The translations under genes were made by a program, and so were the position numbers. DNA of 64,000 bases from Candidatus Longimicrobiales bacterium M2_2A_002 (GTDB lineage: Bacteria > Gemmatimonadota > Gemmatimonadetes > Longimicrobiales > RSA9): the NCBI GenBank assembly GCA_051418035.1, contig JBPRGE010000112.1, forward strand, positions 5,109 to 69,108, in the 5' to 3' direction. Below are positions 25,322-35,845 of this stretch, one piece after another (the first letter of the stretch is position 1; each line of letters starts with the position of its first letter). Below the pieces are notes generated by a model. That model had not been told where the DNA came from. It saw only the letters and a list, made by a program, of their open reading frames with translations, and did not search any database.

Positions 25322-27742
25322 GTGACGGGAACCAACGTGGAAAGAGACCGAGACCCGGGATTCAGGAACGGCGCGCTCTACGCGGCGATCTACGCCGTTC
25401 TGGCCCTCATCTATTTCCTGCCCGCGTTCGCGCCGGGCCGCCATATCTACGGCTCCGACTACCTCGCGGCGGCGTACTTCAAGCTCGTGATGACGTCGGA
25501 GCTGATCGGGAGTGGAGTGCTGCCGGGGTGGATCCCGCACCTGTACGGGGGCGTGCCGCTCTTCGCAAACCCGGCGAGCACGTTCCTGCCGGCGAAGCTG
25601 CTGGCCGACGTCTTCCTCCCGGTGACCAGGATCCTGCCCACGATCTTCGTGATCACGTTCTTCCTGGCGGGGCTCGGCGCCTACCTCCTCTCCCGGGAGC
25701 TCGGTGTCCGGAAGTGGCTGGCGTTCCTGGCGGGTCTGGCGTTCCAGTTCACCGGACTCATGATGTCGTTCGTGTGGGCGGGCCAGGACGGCAAGACCAT
25801 CGTGGCCGCGCTGGCGCCGCTGTTCTTCTTCTTCCTCCACCGGGGCGTACGCAGGGGAACGCTGCCGTGGTTCGCGGGCGCGGCGGCCACGCTCGGCTTC
25901 GGGCTGCTCTCCTTCCAGATCCAGAGCAACTACTACCTGCTCCTGGCCGGGGGCATCTGGGGCGTGTTCAGCCTGGTGCAGCTCGGGTATATCCGCGACC
26001 CGAAGCCGCTGGCCAAACGGGTGGCCCTCGGGCTGGGCGCGGTGGCCCTGGGCTTCGCGCTGGCCTCGGTGAACTTCCTCCCGTTCCTGGACTACGTGGA
26101 CGCGTCCCCGCGGGGCGTCGAGGGCGGCCGGGGGTACGAGTACTCCACGTCGTGGGCGATGTCTCCGCGGGAGATCACGGGGCTAGCGGTCCCCGAGGAC
26201 GTCGGGGTCAGCGTGGTCGACCCGAACACCGGTGAGGCACCCTTCCCCGCCTATCGGGGCGACAACGCCTTCAAGCTGCACACCGAGTACGCAGGTGCGC
26301 TGGTGCTGCTCCTGCTCGGCCTGGGAGCCTTCTACTCGCGACGGAACCGGTACTGGTGGTTCTTCGTGGGCCTCTCGATCTTCGGGCTGACCCTCTCGTT
26401 CGGGGGCAACACGCCGATCTACCGGCTGTACTACGCCGTGCTCCCGGGAACATCCATGTTCCGGGCCCCGTCCATCGCCTTCTTCCTGGTCCCGTTCTCG
26501 CTGGTCATGATGGCGGCGCTGACGCTGGAGCGGCTGGCGTCGCTGCGCGCCGTGGACGACGAAGCCGACGGATCAGCGGACGATGCGGACCGGGCGGATG
26601 ATCAGGAGCCGGCGGCGGGTCCCGGATCCCCGGGCGCCACGGCGGGCTGGCTGACCCTCGGCGTCGTCGTGGCGGGGGTGCTCCTCGCGGGCGCGGTGAA
26701 CGCGGGGGCCGATGACGCGAGCCGTGCTGCCGGCGTGCTCCGGTTCACCCTCTTCGCCGGGGCCATCGGCGCCGCGCTGTGGGCGTGGCTGAGCAGGCGG
26801 ATCGACCAGCGCACGGCGCTGGTCGTGCTGGCCGTCCTCACCGTGGTGGACCTCTGGATCGTGGACAAGCGCTTCCTGTACACGATCCCGCCGCCGGACC
26901 AGTGGTTCGCCCGGGACGACGTGGTCGAGTTCGTCATGAGCCAGCCGGGTCGCGATCGGGTCTGGGTGCTCCCGGTCCCTGCCGGCCGGACCTACCGTCA
27001 GGGGAACTACCTGATGCGGTTCCACATCGATCAGGCCGGGGGCGAGCACGGGAACCAGCTGCAGCAGTACAACGAGTACGTGGGCGCGGGCCAGCAGACG
27101 TACGTGGACTGGCACAACTTCCTGCAGCACCCCCAGTTCCTGAACGCTGCGAATATCCGGTACATCATCGCGGGCGTGCAGCTGCAGGGCGTGCCGTGGC
27201 CCGTGGTGCACCAGGGCAGCGCCATCGTCTACGAGAACCCGGACGCCCTGCCCCGCGCCTACCTCGTCAACGACATACGGATCGCCGACCCGCCGGCCGG
27301 CGCCCTCGACGTCATGGCCCAGCCCGCGTTCGACCCGCACGAGACGGCCATCCTGTACCGCGAGCCGGGGGGCACCGGTCCGGAGCCGGTCGGCGCGCCC
27401 GGTCGGGCGGAGATCGTCGAGTACCGACCCAACGAGGTCGTCGTCCGTACCGAGGCCGATGCCCGATCGCTCCTGGTCCTGGCGGACAACATGTACGAGG
27501 GGTGGCAGGCAACCCTTGACGGCGAGCCCGCCGAGATCCTGTTGACGAACCACACGTTCCGGGGCGTCATGGTGGACGCGGGTCGGCACGAGGTGGTCTT
27601 CCGGTTCCGCCCCGAGGACCTCATCGTGGGCTTCTGGATCTTCGCCCTGGGCTCCGGCCTGCTCCTCGCCTACGGCGGCTTCCTGGCCGTCCGGTGGTGG
27701 CGGGCCCGACCCTCCGCGACGGCCGCGACCGCCGCCGACTGA
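25322..27742 (+). CDS. YfhO-family polytopic membrane protein (GT-C-like)
   Basis: W.P.LYGG.P..ANP early loop, many TMs, C-terminal YENPDALPRAY and YEGWQA.LDG...FRGV...G.HEV.FRF.P. Confidence 0.8.
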   Translation: MTGTNVERDRDPGFRNGALYAAIYAVLALIYFLPAFAPGRHIYGSDYLAAAYFKLVMTSELIGSGVLPGWIPHLYGGVPLFANPASTFLPAKLLADVFLPVTRILPTIFVITFFLAGLGAYLLSRELGVRKWLAFLAGLAFQFTGLMMSFVWAGQDGKTIVAALAPLFFFFLHRGVRRGTLPWFAGAAATLGFGLLSFQIQSNYYLLLAGGIWGVFSLVQLGYIRDPKPLAKRVALGLGAVALGFALASVNFLPFLDYVDASPRGVEGGRGYEYSTSWAMSPREITGLAVPEDVGVSVVDPNTGEAPFPAYRGDNAFKLHTEYAGALVLLLLGLGAFYSRRNRYWWFFVGLSIFGLTLSFGGNTPIYRLYYAVLPGTSMFRAPSIAFFLVPFSLVMMAALTLERLASLRAVDDEADGSADDADRADDQEPAAGPGSPGATAGWLTLGVVVAGVLLAGAVNAGADDASRAAGVLRFTLFAGAIGAALWAWLSRRIDQRTALVVLAVLTVVDLWIVDKRFLYTIPPPDQWFARDDVVEFVMSQPGRDRVWVLPVPAGRTYRQGNYLMRFHIDQAGGEHGNQLQQYNEYVGAGQQTYVDWHNFLQHPQFLNAANIRYIIAGVQLQGVPWPVVHQGSAIVYENPDALPRAYLVNDIRIADPPAGALDVMAQPAFDPHETAILYREPGGTGPEPVGAPGRAEIVEYRPNEVVVRTEADARSLLVLADNMYEGWQATLDGEPAEILLTNHTFRGVMVDAGRHEVVFRFRPEDLIVGFWIFALGSGLLLAYGGFLAVRWWRARPSATAATAAD

Positions 27743-27748
27743 GGCGGC

Positions 27749-28735
27749 TCAGAGCGGTGGAGTCTCGCCGGGTGCCTCCGGTCTCCCGGCGACCGGCGGG
27801 CTGGCACCGGCCTCCCCGTCCGTGCGTGGCGGTTTGATGAACGCCAGGACGAGTACGACGCCGATGAGCTCGGCCGCGATCAGCCACAGACGCGAGACGA
27901 TCGCGACGACGGCGGCGGCCCCGCTCGGGAGGACCACGCGCAGCAGCGACGCCATCGTCGCCTCCCGTACACCTGCGCCGGCGGGCGCGACGAAGGCGAC
28001 GTAGCCGGCGACGAACGCGAACGCGTTCATCCCGATCAGCGGGAGGACGGCCGACGCGTCGAGGTGCACGAGCGAGTCGACGAACAGGAAGAACGCCAGC
28101 CCCTGCACCAGCCAGTTCACCAGCGAGAGCAGCATCAGCTCCGCGCTGTCCCGCCAGCCACCGGTCCAGGTGAGCGTCGTCCGCCCGGCGACCTTCGACA
28201 GGAGCCGGAGACAGAGGTCGATGATGCGCGGGTGTGACGCGAGGAGCGCCAGAACGATCGCACCGACGATCGGGAGCGTCGCCCGGGCCGGGAGCGCCGG
28301 GATCCGCCCGGCCAGGATGACGCCCGCGGTGATGATCCCGGAAAGCAGGAGGAACCCGGTCTGCACGAGCATCGAGCTGACCATGACCCGCGCCGATGAG
28401 CCGGAGCCGACGGACAGCTGTCCCACCGCGACGAACTGCCAGATCTTCCCCGGGATGTAGCGCGCGATCTTGGAGGTGAACCAGATCCGCACCAGCACCG
28501 GGTAGCTCGGGGAGCCGCTCGCGAACCGGTCGAGCACCCGCCTCCAGATGTGCACGGAAAAAGCGAAGCTGCCGATGAGCAGCACCACGCTGAGTGAGAG
28601 CTGACCCCAGCGCGCCTGCCAGTCGTAGGCGGCGATCTCCGCCCAGTTCCGCTGGATCGTCAGCCAGAGGAAGGCGACGCCGGCGCCGACCACCAGCACG
28701 GTGGCGAGCTTGCGAGCCAGTGGCGGGACCTTCAT
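27749..28735 (-). CDS. UPF0104/LPG-synthase-TM flippase-like membrane protein
   Basis: RYIPGKIW and APAGAGVRE motifs; ATG 28735 overlaps upstream stop. Confidence 0.75.
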   Translation of the reverse strand: MKVPPLARKLATVLVVGAGVAFLWLTIQRNWAEIAAYDWQARWGQLSLSVVLLIGSFAFSVHIWRRVLDRFASGSPSYPVLVRIWFTSKIARYIPGKIWQFVAVGQLSVGSGSSARVMVSSMLVQTGFLLLSGIITAGVILAGRIPALPARATLPIVGAIVLALLASHPRIIDLCLRLLSKVAGRTTLTWTGGWRDSAELMLLSLVNWLVQGLAFFLFVDSLVHLDASAVLPLIGMNAFAFVAGYVAFVAPAGAGVREATMASLLRVVLPSGAAAVVAIVSRLWLIAAELIGVVLVLAFIKPPRTDGEAGASPPVAGRPEAPGETPPL

Positions 28736-29571
28736 CCCGGTTTTCGCCACGTACCGCAGAAGCACGTGAGCGATTTGAACCGTGGCTTGAACATCTCGAT
28801 CACGTTGGGGAAGCGCCGCACCATGTCGCTCGGGTGCGGGTACCGCCAGGGCAGCAGCGACGGATCGTGCTCCCGCACCCAGTCGGTGGTCAGCGTGGTG
28901 TCGGCGTCGAAGTCCTCGAGCATGCGGCCGTACTCGCCCTCGGCGTCGAAATGCCGGTCGAGGTCGCCCAGCAGCCCGGCCGCCTCCGCGCGCGGGATCT
29001 CCCACCGGTCGTCGACGGAGATGTCGAACGTGAGCACGAAGACGCCGCCCGGCTCGAGGACCCGGGCGAACTCCCGGATGATGGCATCCCGGTTCGCCGT
29101 GTGCTCCAGCACGGATATGCACGACACCATCGAGAAGGTGGCGTCGGCGTACGGCAGGGACGCGAGGTCCCCGGTCCCGTACGAGACCCGGTCGCCTGCC
29201 GGGGGGCCGAGGTCCGCCGCCGCCGACTCGACTGCCGGGTCGCGATCCAGGCATTCGACCCGGAGCCCCGGGTTCCTGTGCGTGAGCCAGTGGGCGAAGA
29301 AGGTCAGTCCGGAGCCGGCATCCAGCGCGCGGGTGGCCTCCGAGGACCGGTCCGCCATCGCCGCGCCGACCCGCTCGGTGACGAACGGGTACTCCCAGCG
29401 ACGCGACCATCGGTGGAGCGGGTCTCGCGACCACTGCGCCGAGTAGTCCCGGAGCGCGGGCCCGTTGCTCGCCAGGAACCGGTCGGCGAACGCCCGCATC
29501 TCGCGGAAGAGCGGCCGGCGAGGGACCGCCTCGTAGATCTCCAGCGGTGGATACCCGCCCGGCAGCATCAC
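28732..29571 (-). CDS. Class I SAM-dependent methyltransferase
   Basis: RRWEYP, ALDAGSG, LPYADATF, CISVLEH, RVLEPGG. Confidence 0.85.
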   Translation of the reverse strand: MMLPGGYPPLEIYEAVPRRPLFREMRAFADRFLASNGPALRDYSAQWSRDPLHRWSRRWEYPFVTERVGAAMADRSSEATRALDAGSGLTFFAHWLTHRNPGLRVECLDRDPAVESAAADLGPPAGDRVSYGTGDLASLPYADATFSMVSCISVLEHTANRDAIIREFARVLEPGGVFVLTFDISVDDRWEIPRAEAAGLLGDLDRHFDAEGEYGRMLEDFDADTTLTTDWVREHDPSLLPWRYPHPSDMVRRFPNVIEMFKPRFKSLTCFCGTWRKPG

Positions 29572-29631
29572 TGAGCTCCCCTCACGGTTCGACCCTCCGA
29601 GTCCGTTCGTCCGTCCCCGCTCGCGCGCCGC

Positions 29632-30606
29632 TCAGTCTTCGTCGATCCGAGCGCGGAAGGAGTCCAGCTCCGTCCGCTGCTGCGCCACCATCTCCGCCAG
29701 GAGCCCGAACCCGAAGAGCAGGAACCCGAGCGTCTCCAGGAGGATCACCAGGTAGAGGAGCGGCCGGTAGCCGAAGGGCGGCATGTTCCCGGCGATCCGG
29801 AGCCCGATGGTCACGAGCCCGACCACCACGCCCAGCCCCGCCATCACGAACCCGCTGAGCCCGAAGAAGATCATCGGCTTGCGGGAGAAGAACAGGAAGA
29901 ACGCCACACTGATCAGGTCGAGCATCCCCACCAGGATCCGCGTCCGGCCCGAGTACTTCGCCTCGCCATGGCGGCGCGGCAGCAGGTCGATGTCGATCTC
30001 CGTGACCGTGAACCCCCGGTCGTAGGCCAGGACCACGAAGAAGCGGTGCCAGTCGTGGCGCAGCGGCACCTCCCGCAGCACCTCCCGTCGGAACGCCTTC
30101 ATCGAGTTCAGGTCCGAGACCGGGACCTTGAACAGCGCCCGGCTCAGCCGGTTGTACGTGCTCGACACCGCGCGCTTCTCGTACTCCCCGATCTTCCGGC
30201 CCGTCACGATGTCCCACCCCTGGCCGAGCGTCTCCAGGAACCGGGGGATCTCCTCCGTATCGTGCTGCAGATCCGCGTCGAAGAGCACCAGCCACTCGGC
30301 ATCCGTGGCCCGGGCGCCGGTGACCATCGCCTCCGTTTTCCCGAAATTGCGACGGTGCCGCACGACCGTCAGCCGGTCCCAGCCCGCCGCCTCCGCCGCC
30401 TCCGCAGTGCCGTCCGTCGACCCGTCGTCCACCACGACGACCTCACCCTCCAGCCCGTGCTTCTCCCACGTCGCCCGCAGCTCCGCGACCAGCGACGGGA
30501 TGTTCTCCACTTCGTTGTACGCGGGCACCAGGACCGCGAACCGCCGCTTCACCTCCGGCAGCGGGACCTCCTGGCGCGCGACCCGGGCTTCGATGGTGGG
30601 TTCCAT
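29632..30606 (-). CDS. GT2 polyisoprenyl-phosphate glycosyltransferase (ArnC/GtrB-like)
   Basis: VPAYNE, VDDGSTDGT, RRNFGK, FDADLQ, two C-terminal TMs. Confidence 0.88.
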   Translation of the reverse strand: MEPTIEARVARQEVPLPEVKRRFAVLVPAYNEVENIPSLVAELRATWEKHGLEGEVVVVDDGSTDGTAEAAEAAGWDRLTVVRHRRNFGKTEAMVTGARATDAEWLVLFDADLQHDTEEIPRFLETLGQGWDIVTGRKIGEYEKRAVSSTYNRLSRALFKVPVSDLNSMKAFRREVLREVPLRHDWHRFFVVLAYDRGFTVTEIDIDLLPRRHGEAKYSGRTRILVGMLDLISVAFFLFFSRKPMIFFGLSGFVMAGLGVVVGLVTIGLRIAGNMPPFGYRPLLYLVILLETLGFLLFGFGLLAEMVAQQRTELDSFRARIDED

Positions 30607-30864
30607 GGGGGTGGAGTATGAGGCGAAGGCGCGGCTGACGCTAGCGGGGGGCGACGAGCGGGCAATCCAGGCTTGATCGGTTCAGCTATGGTCCTGCCCG
30701 GCTGAACGGAGGTTCCGCCGGAAAAGGTGGCGAGCCCACCGGAAAGATGGCCCTGACGGGAGCCCTTGGCGTCTTCAGGCTGTTCTTCGCGTCTTCACGT
30801 GATGAGGAACGCCGCCCGCCGCGACGCCTCTGAAACGCCACGAGCGCCGCCAACCCCGCGTCGC

Positions 30865-32307
30865 CTACACCCGCTTCCTCATCCGCGCCGACAGGATCCC
30901 CAGCTGGTCCCGGTACTTCGCGACCGTCCGCCGGGCGATCTGGATCCCCTCTTCCTTCAGGATGTCGACGATCGCCTGGTCGGTGTACGGGTCCTTCGGG
31001 TCCTCGTCCTCCACCAGCTTCTCGATCTTGTCCTTGATCCCCGTGGCGCTCACATCCTCGCCGCTGGTGGTGCTGAGCCCGCTGCTGAAGAAGAACTTCA
31101 GGTGGTAGACGCCCCGGGGCGTCTGGACGTACTTCTCGTTCGTCACCCGGGAGACCGTGGACTCGTGCATGTCGATGACCTCGGCCACCTCCCGGAGCGT
31201 GAGCGGCTTCAGGTACTGCACCCCCCGCTCGAAGAACTCCCGCTGCCGGTCCACGATGAAGTTCATGACCTTGAGCATCGTCTGACGCCGCTGCTCGATG
31301 GCCTGGATCATCCAGTTGGCGCTGTTCAGCTTGTTGCTGATGAACTCCTTGTTCTCGCCCTTGAACTTGCTCTTGTCCTTGGCGATCTCCCGGTACGCCT
31401 TCGAGAGCTTGAGCCGCGGCATGCTCGTGTCGTTCAGGAAGACGTGGTACTCGCCGTCGATCTTGTCGACGATCAGGTCGGGCGTGACGTAGTTGTCCGG
31501 CTGCGCCGAGTGCTTCAGTCCCGGCTTCGGGTCGAGCTTCGAGATCTCGTCCGACGCCGCCTGGACCTCCTTGGCGCCGATGCTCAGCTCCTTCGAGATC
31601 TCGCTCCACCGGTGGTTCACCAGCTCGTCGAAGTACTCGTCGACGATGGTGTACGTCAGCGTGTCCTCCAGCTCCAGGTCCCGGAGCTGGAGCAGGATGC
31701 ACTCCCGCAGGTCGCGGGCGGCGACGCCGGGCGGGTCGAACTGCTGGATCTTCTCCAGCATCGCCTCGCCCTCCTCCACCGTGTACGGCTCGATCCCCTC
31801 GCCGTCACGGCTCCACTCCTCGCCGTTCTCCTCGGCCCACTCGTTGAGCCCCTCGACGACCTCCTCGATGGAGCAGACCAGGAACCCGTCATCATCGATG
31901 TTCCCGATGATCTCCTCGCCCAGCAGTATCTCCCGGGGCGACAGGCGCATCAGCTTCAGCTGGTCCCGCAGGTGGTCGGAGAGGTCCTCCTCCTCGACCC
32001 GCACCGGCTGGTAGTACTCCTTCTGCTCGTACTCGGCCTTCCGCCCGCCGGCATCGAACCCGTCCAAGAGGATCTCCTCCCAGTCGATCTCCTCTTCCTC
32101 CAGCTCGTCGTCGGCGGTCAGGTCCTCCTCGTCGACCAGCGGCTCCTCGAGGTCGAGGAACGGGTTGTTGAGCATCTCCTGCTTGATGTGCTGCTGGAGG
32201 TCCATCAGGGGCATATACAGGAGGTCCATCGCCTGGTACAGGCGAGGATTGATCTTCATCTCCTGCTTCATCTGGGTGCCCTGGTAGAGCCCCGTCTTGA
32301 TGCTCAT
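30865..32307 (-). CDS. rpoN: RNA polymerase sigma-54 factor
   Basis: Gln-rich region [10 protein letters not shown], RpoN box ARRTVAKYR. Confidence 0.97.
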   Translation of the reverse strand: MSIKTGLYQGTQMKQEMKINPRLYQAMDLLYMPLMDLQQHIKQEMLNNPFLDLEEPLVDEEDLTADDELEEEEIDWEEILLDGFDAGGRKAEYEQKEYYQPVRVEEEDLSDHLRDQLKLMRLSPREILLGEEIIGNIDDDGFLVCSIEEVVEGLNEWAEENGEEWSRDGEGIEPYTVEEGEAMLEKIQQFDPPGVAARDLRECILLQLRDLELEDTLTYTIVDEYFDELVNHRWSEISKELSIGAKEVQAASDEISKLDPKPGLKHSAQPDNYVTPDLIVDKIDGEYHVFLNDTSMPRLKLSKAYREIAKDKSKFKGENKEFISNKLNSANWMIQAIEQRRQTMLKVMNFIVDRQREFFERGVQYLKPLTLREVAEVIDMHESTVSRVTNEKYVQTPRGVYHLKFFFSSGLSTTSGEDVSATGIKDKIEKLVEDEDPKDPYTDQAIVDILKEEGIQIARRTVAKYRDQLGILSARMRKRV

Positions 32308-33518
32308 ACAGTCTCCGGCTTCCGGTAACGCTCTCTCATCCGCTCCGTCAACGCGGGCCCGAAGTAGATCTCGGCCACGTCGTCGTTCCAGACCAGCTCC
32401 GCGACCGTGCCCGACACCCGCACACGGCCATCGTACATGATATAAGCACGATCGACGATCTCCAACGTCTGCTCGACGTTGTGATCGCTGATCACGACCC
32501 CGATCCCCCGGTGCCTGAGCTCGGCCACGATCTGCTGGATATCGTGGACCGCGATGGGGTCCACGCCCGCGAACGGCTCGTCCAGCAGCATGAACTTCGG
32601 GTCGCTCACCAGCGCCCGGGTGATCTCGAGCCGTCTGCGCTCGCCGCCCGACAGCGAGTACGCTTTCGCCTTCCGCAGCGGCCGGAGCCCGAGCTCGTCC
32701 AGGAGTTGCTCCAGCCGTGCCTTCCGCTCCGCCCTCGAGAGGTCCATCGTCTCGAGGATCGCCTTGATGTTGTCCTCGACGGTCAGCTTCCGGAAGATCG
32801 ACGGCTCCTGGGCCAGGTAGCCGACCCCGATCCGCGCCCGCTTGTACATGGGCGTGTCGGTGAGCTCGCGGCCGTCGAGGAACACCTTCCCCTCGTCCGG
32901 TCGGATCAGCCCGACCACCATGTAGAACGTGGTGGTCTTCCCCGCCCCGTTCGGCCCCAGCAGGCCCACGATCTCGCTCTGCGAGACCTGGATGCTCACT
33001 TCGTTCACGACCCGGCGCTTCCGGTAGATCTTGACCAGCGACTCCGAGCGAAGCGTGCTCCGACCGGCGTCCATCGCCGGGCCCTCGGCGACGGCTTCGG
33101 CGGGCTCGAACCTAGCATACAACAAGTTCCGTACCGCCTCATCGAGCTCCGCGACCACGTGCTCGCGCCGCGGCCGGAGCGCTTCCCACAGCTCCGGCTC
33201 GAGGCGGACCCGGTCCCATCCGTCGATCGATGGCTCGGCCACGACCAGCCCCTGGTCGGATGCCCGGGTGATGACATGGTCCCGGAGGTAGCGGGCCAGC
33301 TGCGCCGACGAGTCCAGACTCTCCTCGTCGCCTCCGATCACGGCCCGCTCCGGCGTCCTCCGGGCATACGCCGTCCGTACGGCGGTGACCCAGTCGCTCC
33401 GATCGACGGCGCCGTCCTCCCCCACGTTCCGGACCAGCTCGACCAGCGCCAGCCCGATGCTCGCGTCGTGCCGGTCGAGTCCGTGGATATACTCCCGGAG
33501 CCGCTCCAGCGCGCTCAC
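32304..33518 (-). CDS. lptB: LPS export ABC ATPase LptB with ~150-aa N-terminal extension
   Basis: [43 protein letters not shown]. Confidence 0.92.
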   Translation of the reverse strand: MSALERLREYIHGLDRHDASIGLALVELVRNVGEDGAVDRSDWVTAVRTAYARRTPERAVIGGDEESLDSSAQLARYLRDHVITRASDQGLVVAEPSIDGWDRVRLEPELWEALRPRREHVVAELDEAVRNLLYARFEPAEAVAEGPAMDAGRSTLRSESLVKIYRKRRVVNEVSIQVSQSEIVGLLGPNGAGKTTTFYMVVGLIRPDEGKVFLDGRELTDTPMYKRARIGVGYLAQEPSIFRKLTVEDNIKAILETMDLSRAERKARLEQLLDELGLRPLRKAKAYSLSGGERRRLEITRALVSDPKFMLLDEPFAGVDPIAVHDIQQIVAELRHRGIGVVISDHNVEQTLEIVDRAYIMYDGRVRVSGTVAELVWNDDVAEIYFGPALTERMRERYRKPETV

Positions 33519-35260
33519 GTGGCGCCTCCCGGCCCGGTCGTCGATCCGGTCGTCGAGCTGCCGGACTCAGGGCTCCCGGACTCAGGGCTGCCGGGCTCCG
33601 GGGTCACGGTGCCGGGGGCTGAGGCTTCGGCTTCGCCCTCCCCCTGTCCCTCCCCGGCCGCCTCCCCGCCGCCGGCCGGTCGGCCCGAAGGTGCCAGGTA
33701 CACCCCGTCCAGCGGGCCCTCTGCGTCGACTCGTGTCACGTCTCCGTTTGCCATGAACAGCGTGATCCGGTTCGCTTTCAGGAAGTTGATGGAGGGCGGG
33801 TCGCCCGGCTGTTCCGCCGGCATCCGGTACAGCGAGAGGGCCGGCAGCTGCCCGCCGATCACCACGATGCGCTCGAGGACGGTCTCCATGGAGTCCCTCG
33901 GCTCGGGGCCAGCGCCGGCACCCGGCGCGGACGCGGAGTCCGGCGACCCGGCGGTGCGGAGCCGCTCCCCGCCTCGCGGCACCGTGTCCAGCGGCTGCAG
34001 CCGCGTGTCGGCCGGCGTCACTCGCCCCGGCGGAGGCGTCACGCGTCCCGGCGGCGTTTGCGTCGTCTGGTGGACGAAGTAGCCCAGGATCGTGTCCCCC
34101 TGGATCCAGTCCCGGCTGACCGCCGTGGGCGACCGCACCGTGGAGTCGGCGTTGCGCTCGCCGTAGGCCCGGCCCACAGCCCGGACCTCCTGGATCCCCA
34201 CCGAGTCCGCCAGCGCATCGATGGAGTCTGCCCGGAGCCGGAAGTCCCGGGCATCGGCCAGGGCGCGGGGCACACTGTCGCGCCGGGGGTTCCACGCCTG
34301 CATCCGGTCGAGTCGCCCGTCGACGAAGCCGATCCGGATCCGGTCGGACTCCACGGTCAGCTCCTCGGACTCGACCCGCGCCTGCTCCTCGGACGTGACG
34401 GTCCGCAGCTCCTGACCCGACAGGAAGGCCACGATCTGCTCCCCGTCGAGTCGGTACCTGTCCGTCTGCACGAACGCGTCCCCGGTGAGCGTCATCCGCT
34501 CTTCCCGCTGGTCGAAGAGGGCGGTCCGTCCGGCCCCCGTCATCTCCCCTCTCTCGATCTCCACGTCCCCGATCCCGCTGAACACCTCTTCGCCCTCGAA
34601 CCGCATCCGATCGGCCCAGACCTGCGTACTCACGGCGGTGTCCGACACGGCGCCGGTGTCCGACACGGCGCCGGCCGAGTCGGCCTGCGGCGGGATCACG
34701 GCGTGGGGCCGACCGCCCCGGACCAGCATGAGTGCCACCGGGCGCTGTTCGTTGGCCTGCAGGTAGTCGAGCTCTTCCCCCTCGACCAGGGAGCCGTCCT
34801 CCACGTTCCGGAGCACGACACTGCCCCGGGCCAGCAGCTGGTCGCGGTCCCCGAGGTAGTTGGCCCAGTCGGCCGTCAGCTCGCGCAGCGAGTCGCGGTA
34901 CACCACGTCGCCCACGAGCTCGACTGTGGCCATCGTCCGATTCATCACGGCGCTGTCGGCCTCGAGACGCAGGCCGCCCGTGCACAGCACCCGGACCGGA
35001 TCGCGGAAGTAGATGAGCTCCTGTCCCCGGGCGTTGAACAGCCGCCGCGCGTCGGAGGGCAGGACCTGACGGCACCGGCGCTGCTGGGCGGGCCCGCTCC
35101 GGGACAGCCCGTCCGCCGGTCGGTCCCCGGCCGGATCCCGGCCCTCGACGGTCGTGTCCTGGACGACCGGGGCCTCTGGAACGGGGTCCTGGGCCGCGGC
35201 CGTGCCGGAGATCGGCACCAGGAGCAGCGCGGCCCCGAGCAGGCCGACCCGCGAGGCCAT
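33515..35260 (-). CDS. OstA/LptA-like beta-jellyroll protein
   Basis: Signal peptide, repeated LEADSA/L.GDV-type strands, position between lptC and lptB. Confidence 0.75.
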   Translation of the reverse strand: MASRVGLLGAALLLVPISGTAAAQDPVPEAPVVQDTTVEGRDPAGDRPADGLSRSGPAQQRRCRQVLPSDARRLFNARGQELIYFRDPVRVLCTGGLRLEADSAVMNRTMATVELVGDVVYRDSLRELTADWANYLGDRDQLLARGSVVLRNVEDGSLVEGEELDYLQANEQRPVALMLVRGGRPHAVIPPQADSAGAVSDTGAVSDTAVSTQVWADRMRFEGEEVFSGIGDVEIERGEMTGAGRTALFDQREERMTLTGDAFVQTDRYRLDGEQIVAFLSGQELRTVTSEEQARVESEELTVESDRIRIGFVDGRLDRMQAWNPRRDSVPRALADARDFRLRADSIDALADSVGIQEVRAVGRAYGERNADSTVRSPTAVSRDWIQGDTILGYFVHQTTQTPPGRVTPPPGRVTPADTRLQPLDTVPRGGERLRTAGSPDSASAPGAGAGPEPRDSMETVLERIVVIGGQLPALSLYRMPAEQPGDPPSINFLKANRITLFMANGDVTRVDAEGPLDGVYLAPSGRPAGGGEAAGEGQGEGEAEASAPGTVTPEPGSPESGSPESGSSTTGSTTGPGGAT

Positions 35261-35262
35261 GG

Positions 35263-35817
35263 TCAGAGCTCGAACTCGATGTTCTCGCCGGTGCTCTCGA
35301 ACACCTCGATGTTGGTCATGTCGGCGTCCGTCCGGAATCCGGAGCCCTCGAGTCGGGACTCGCCCTCGAACATGACCGTGTGAACATCGCTCCAGATGAG
35401 CTCCCGGCGCGGGTCGTAATGGAGCTCCTCGGTCAGGATCCGGCGGTCACCGTCGACGGTCACCAGGACGACGTTGCCCCGTGCGAGCATCTCGTTCGTC
35501 TCCGAGTCCAGCTCGCCCTCATCCGCCGTCAGGTGCGCCGTCTGGGCGCCGTTCTGGTTGTACAGCTTGAGATCCACCGGGAACATCAGCGTGCGGGCCG
35601 AGTCCTCCCAGATGTACGCCGTGTCGGCGTGGAGCCGTGCCCGGAGCGCGCCCATGTCCTTGATGTCGGTGCTCAGGTCGAGGACCACGTGATCGGCGGG
35701 CAGGTCCCGGAACCCGTTCCCGGAGACCGGGTCCTCCTCACCCGCGCACGCCCCCAGCACCGCGATCAGGAGCGCGGCCCCGATGAACCGAAGGGTCTGT
35801 CGATCGATCTGTCTCAT
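35263..35817 (-). CDS. lptC: LPS export protein LptC (lipoprotein-type)
   Basis: Lipobox LGAC, ARGNVV, LTEELHYD, GSGF..D. Confidence 0.85.
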   Translation of the reverse strand: MRQIDRQTLRFIGAALLIAVLGACAGEEDPVSGNGFRDLPADHVVLDLSTDIKDMGALRARLHADTAYIWEDSARTLMFPVDLKLYNQNGAQTAHLTADEGELDSETNEMLARGNVVLVTVDGDRRILTEELHYDPRRELIWSDVHTVMFEGESRLEGSGFRTDADMTNIEVFESTGENIEFEL

Positions 35818-35845
35818 CCGTACCTCTGATCGCTGCCGCCGTCAC

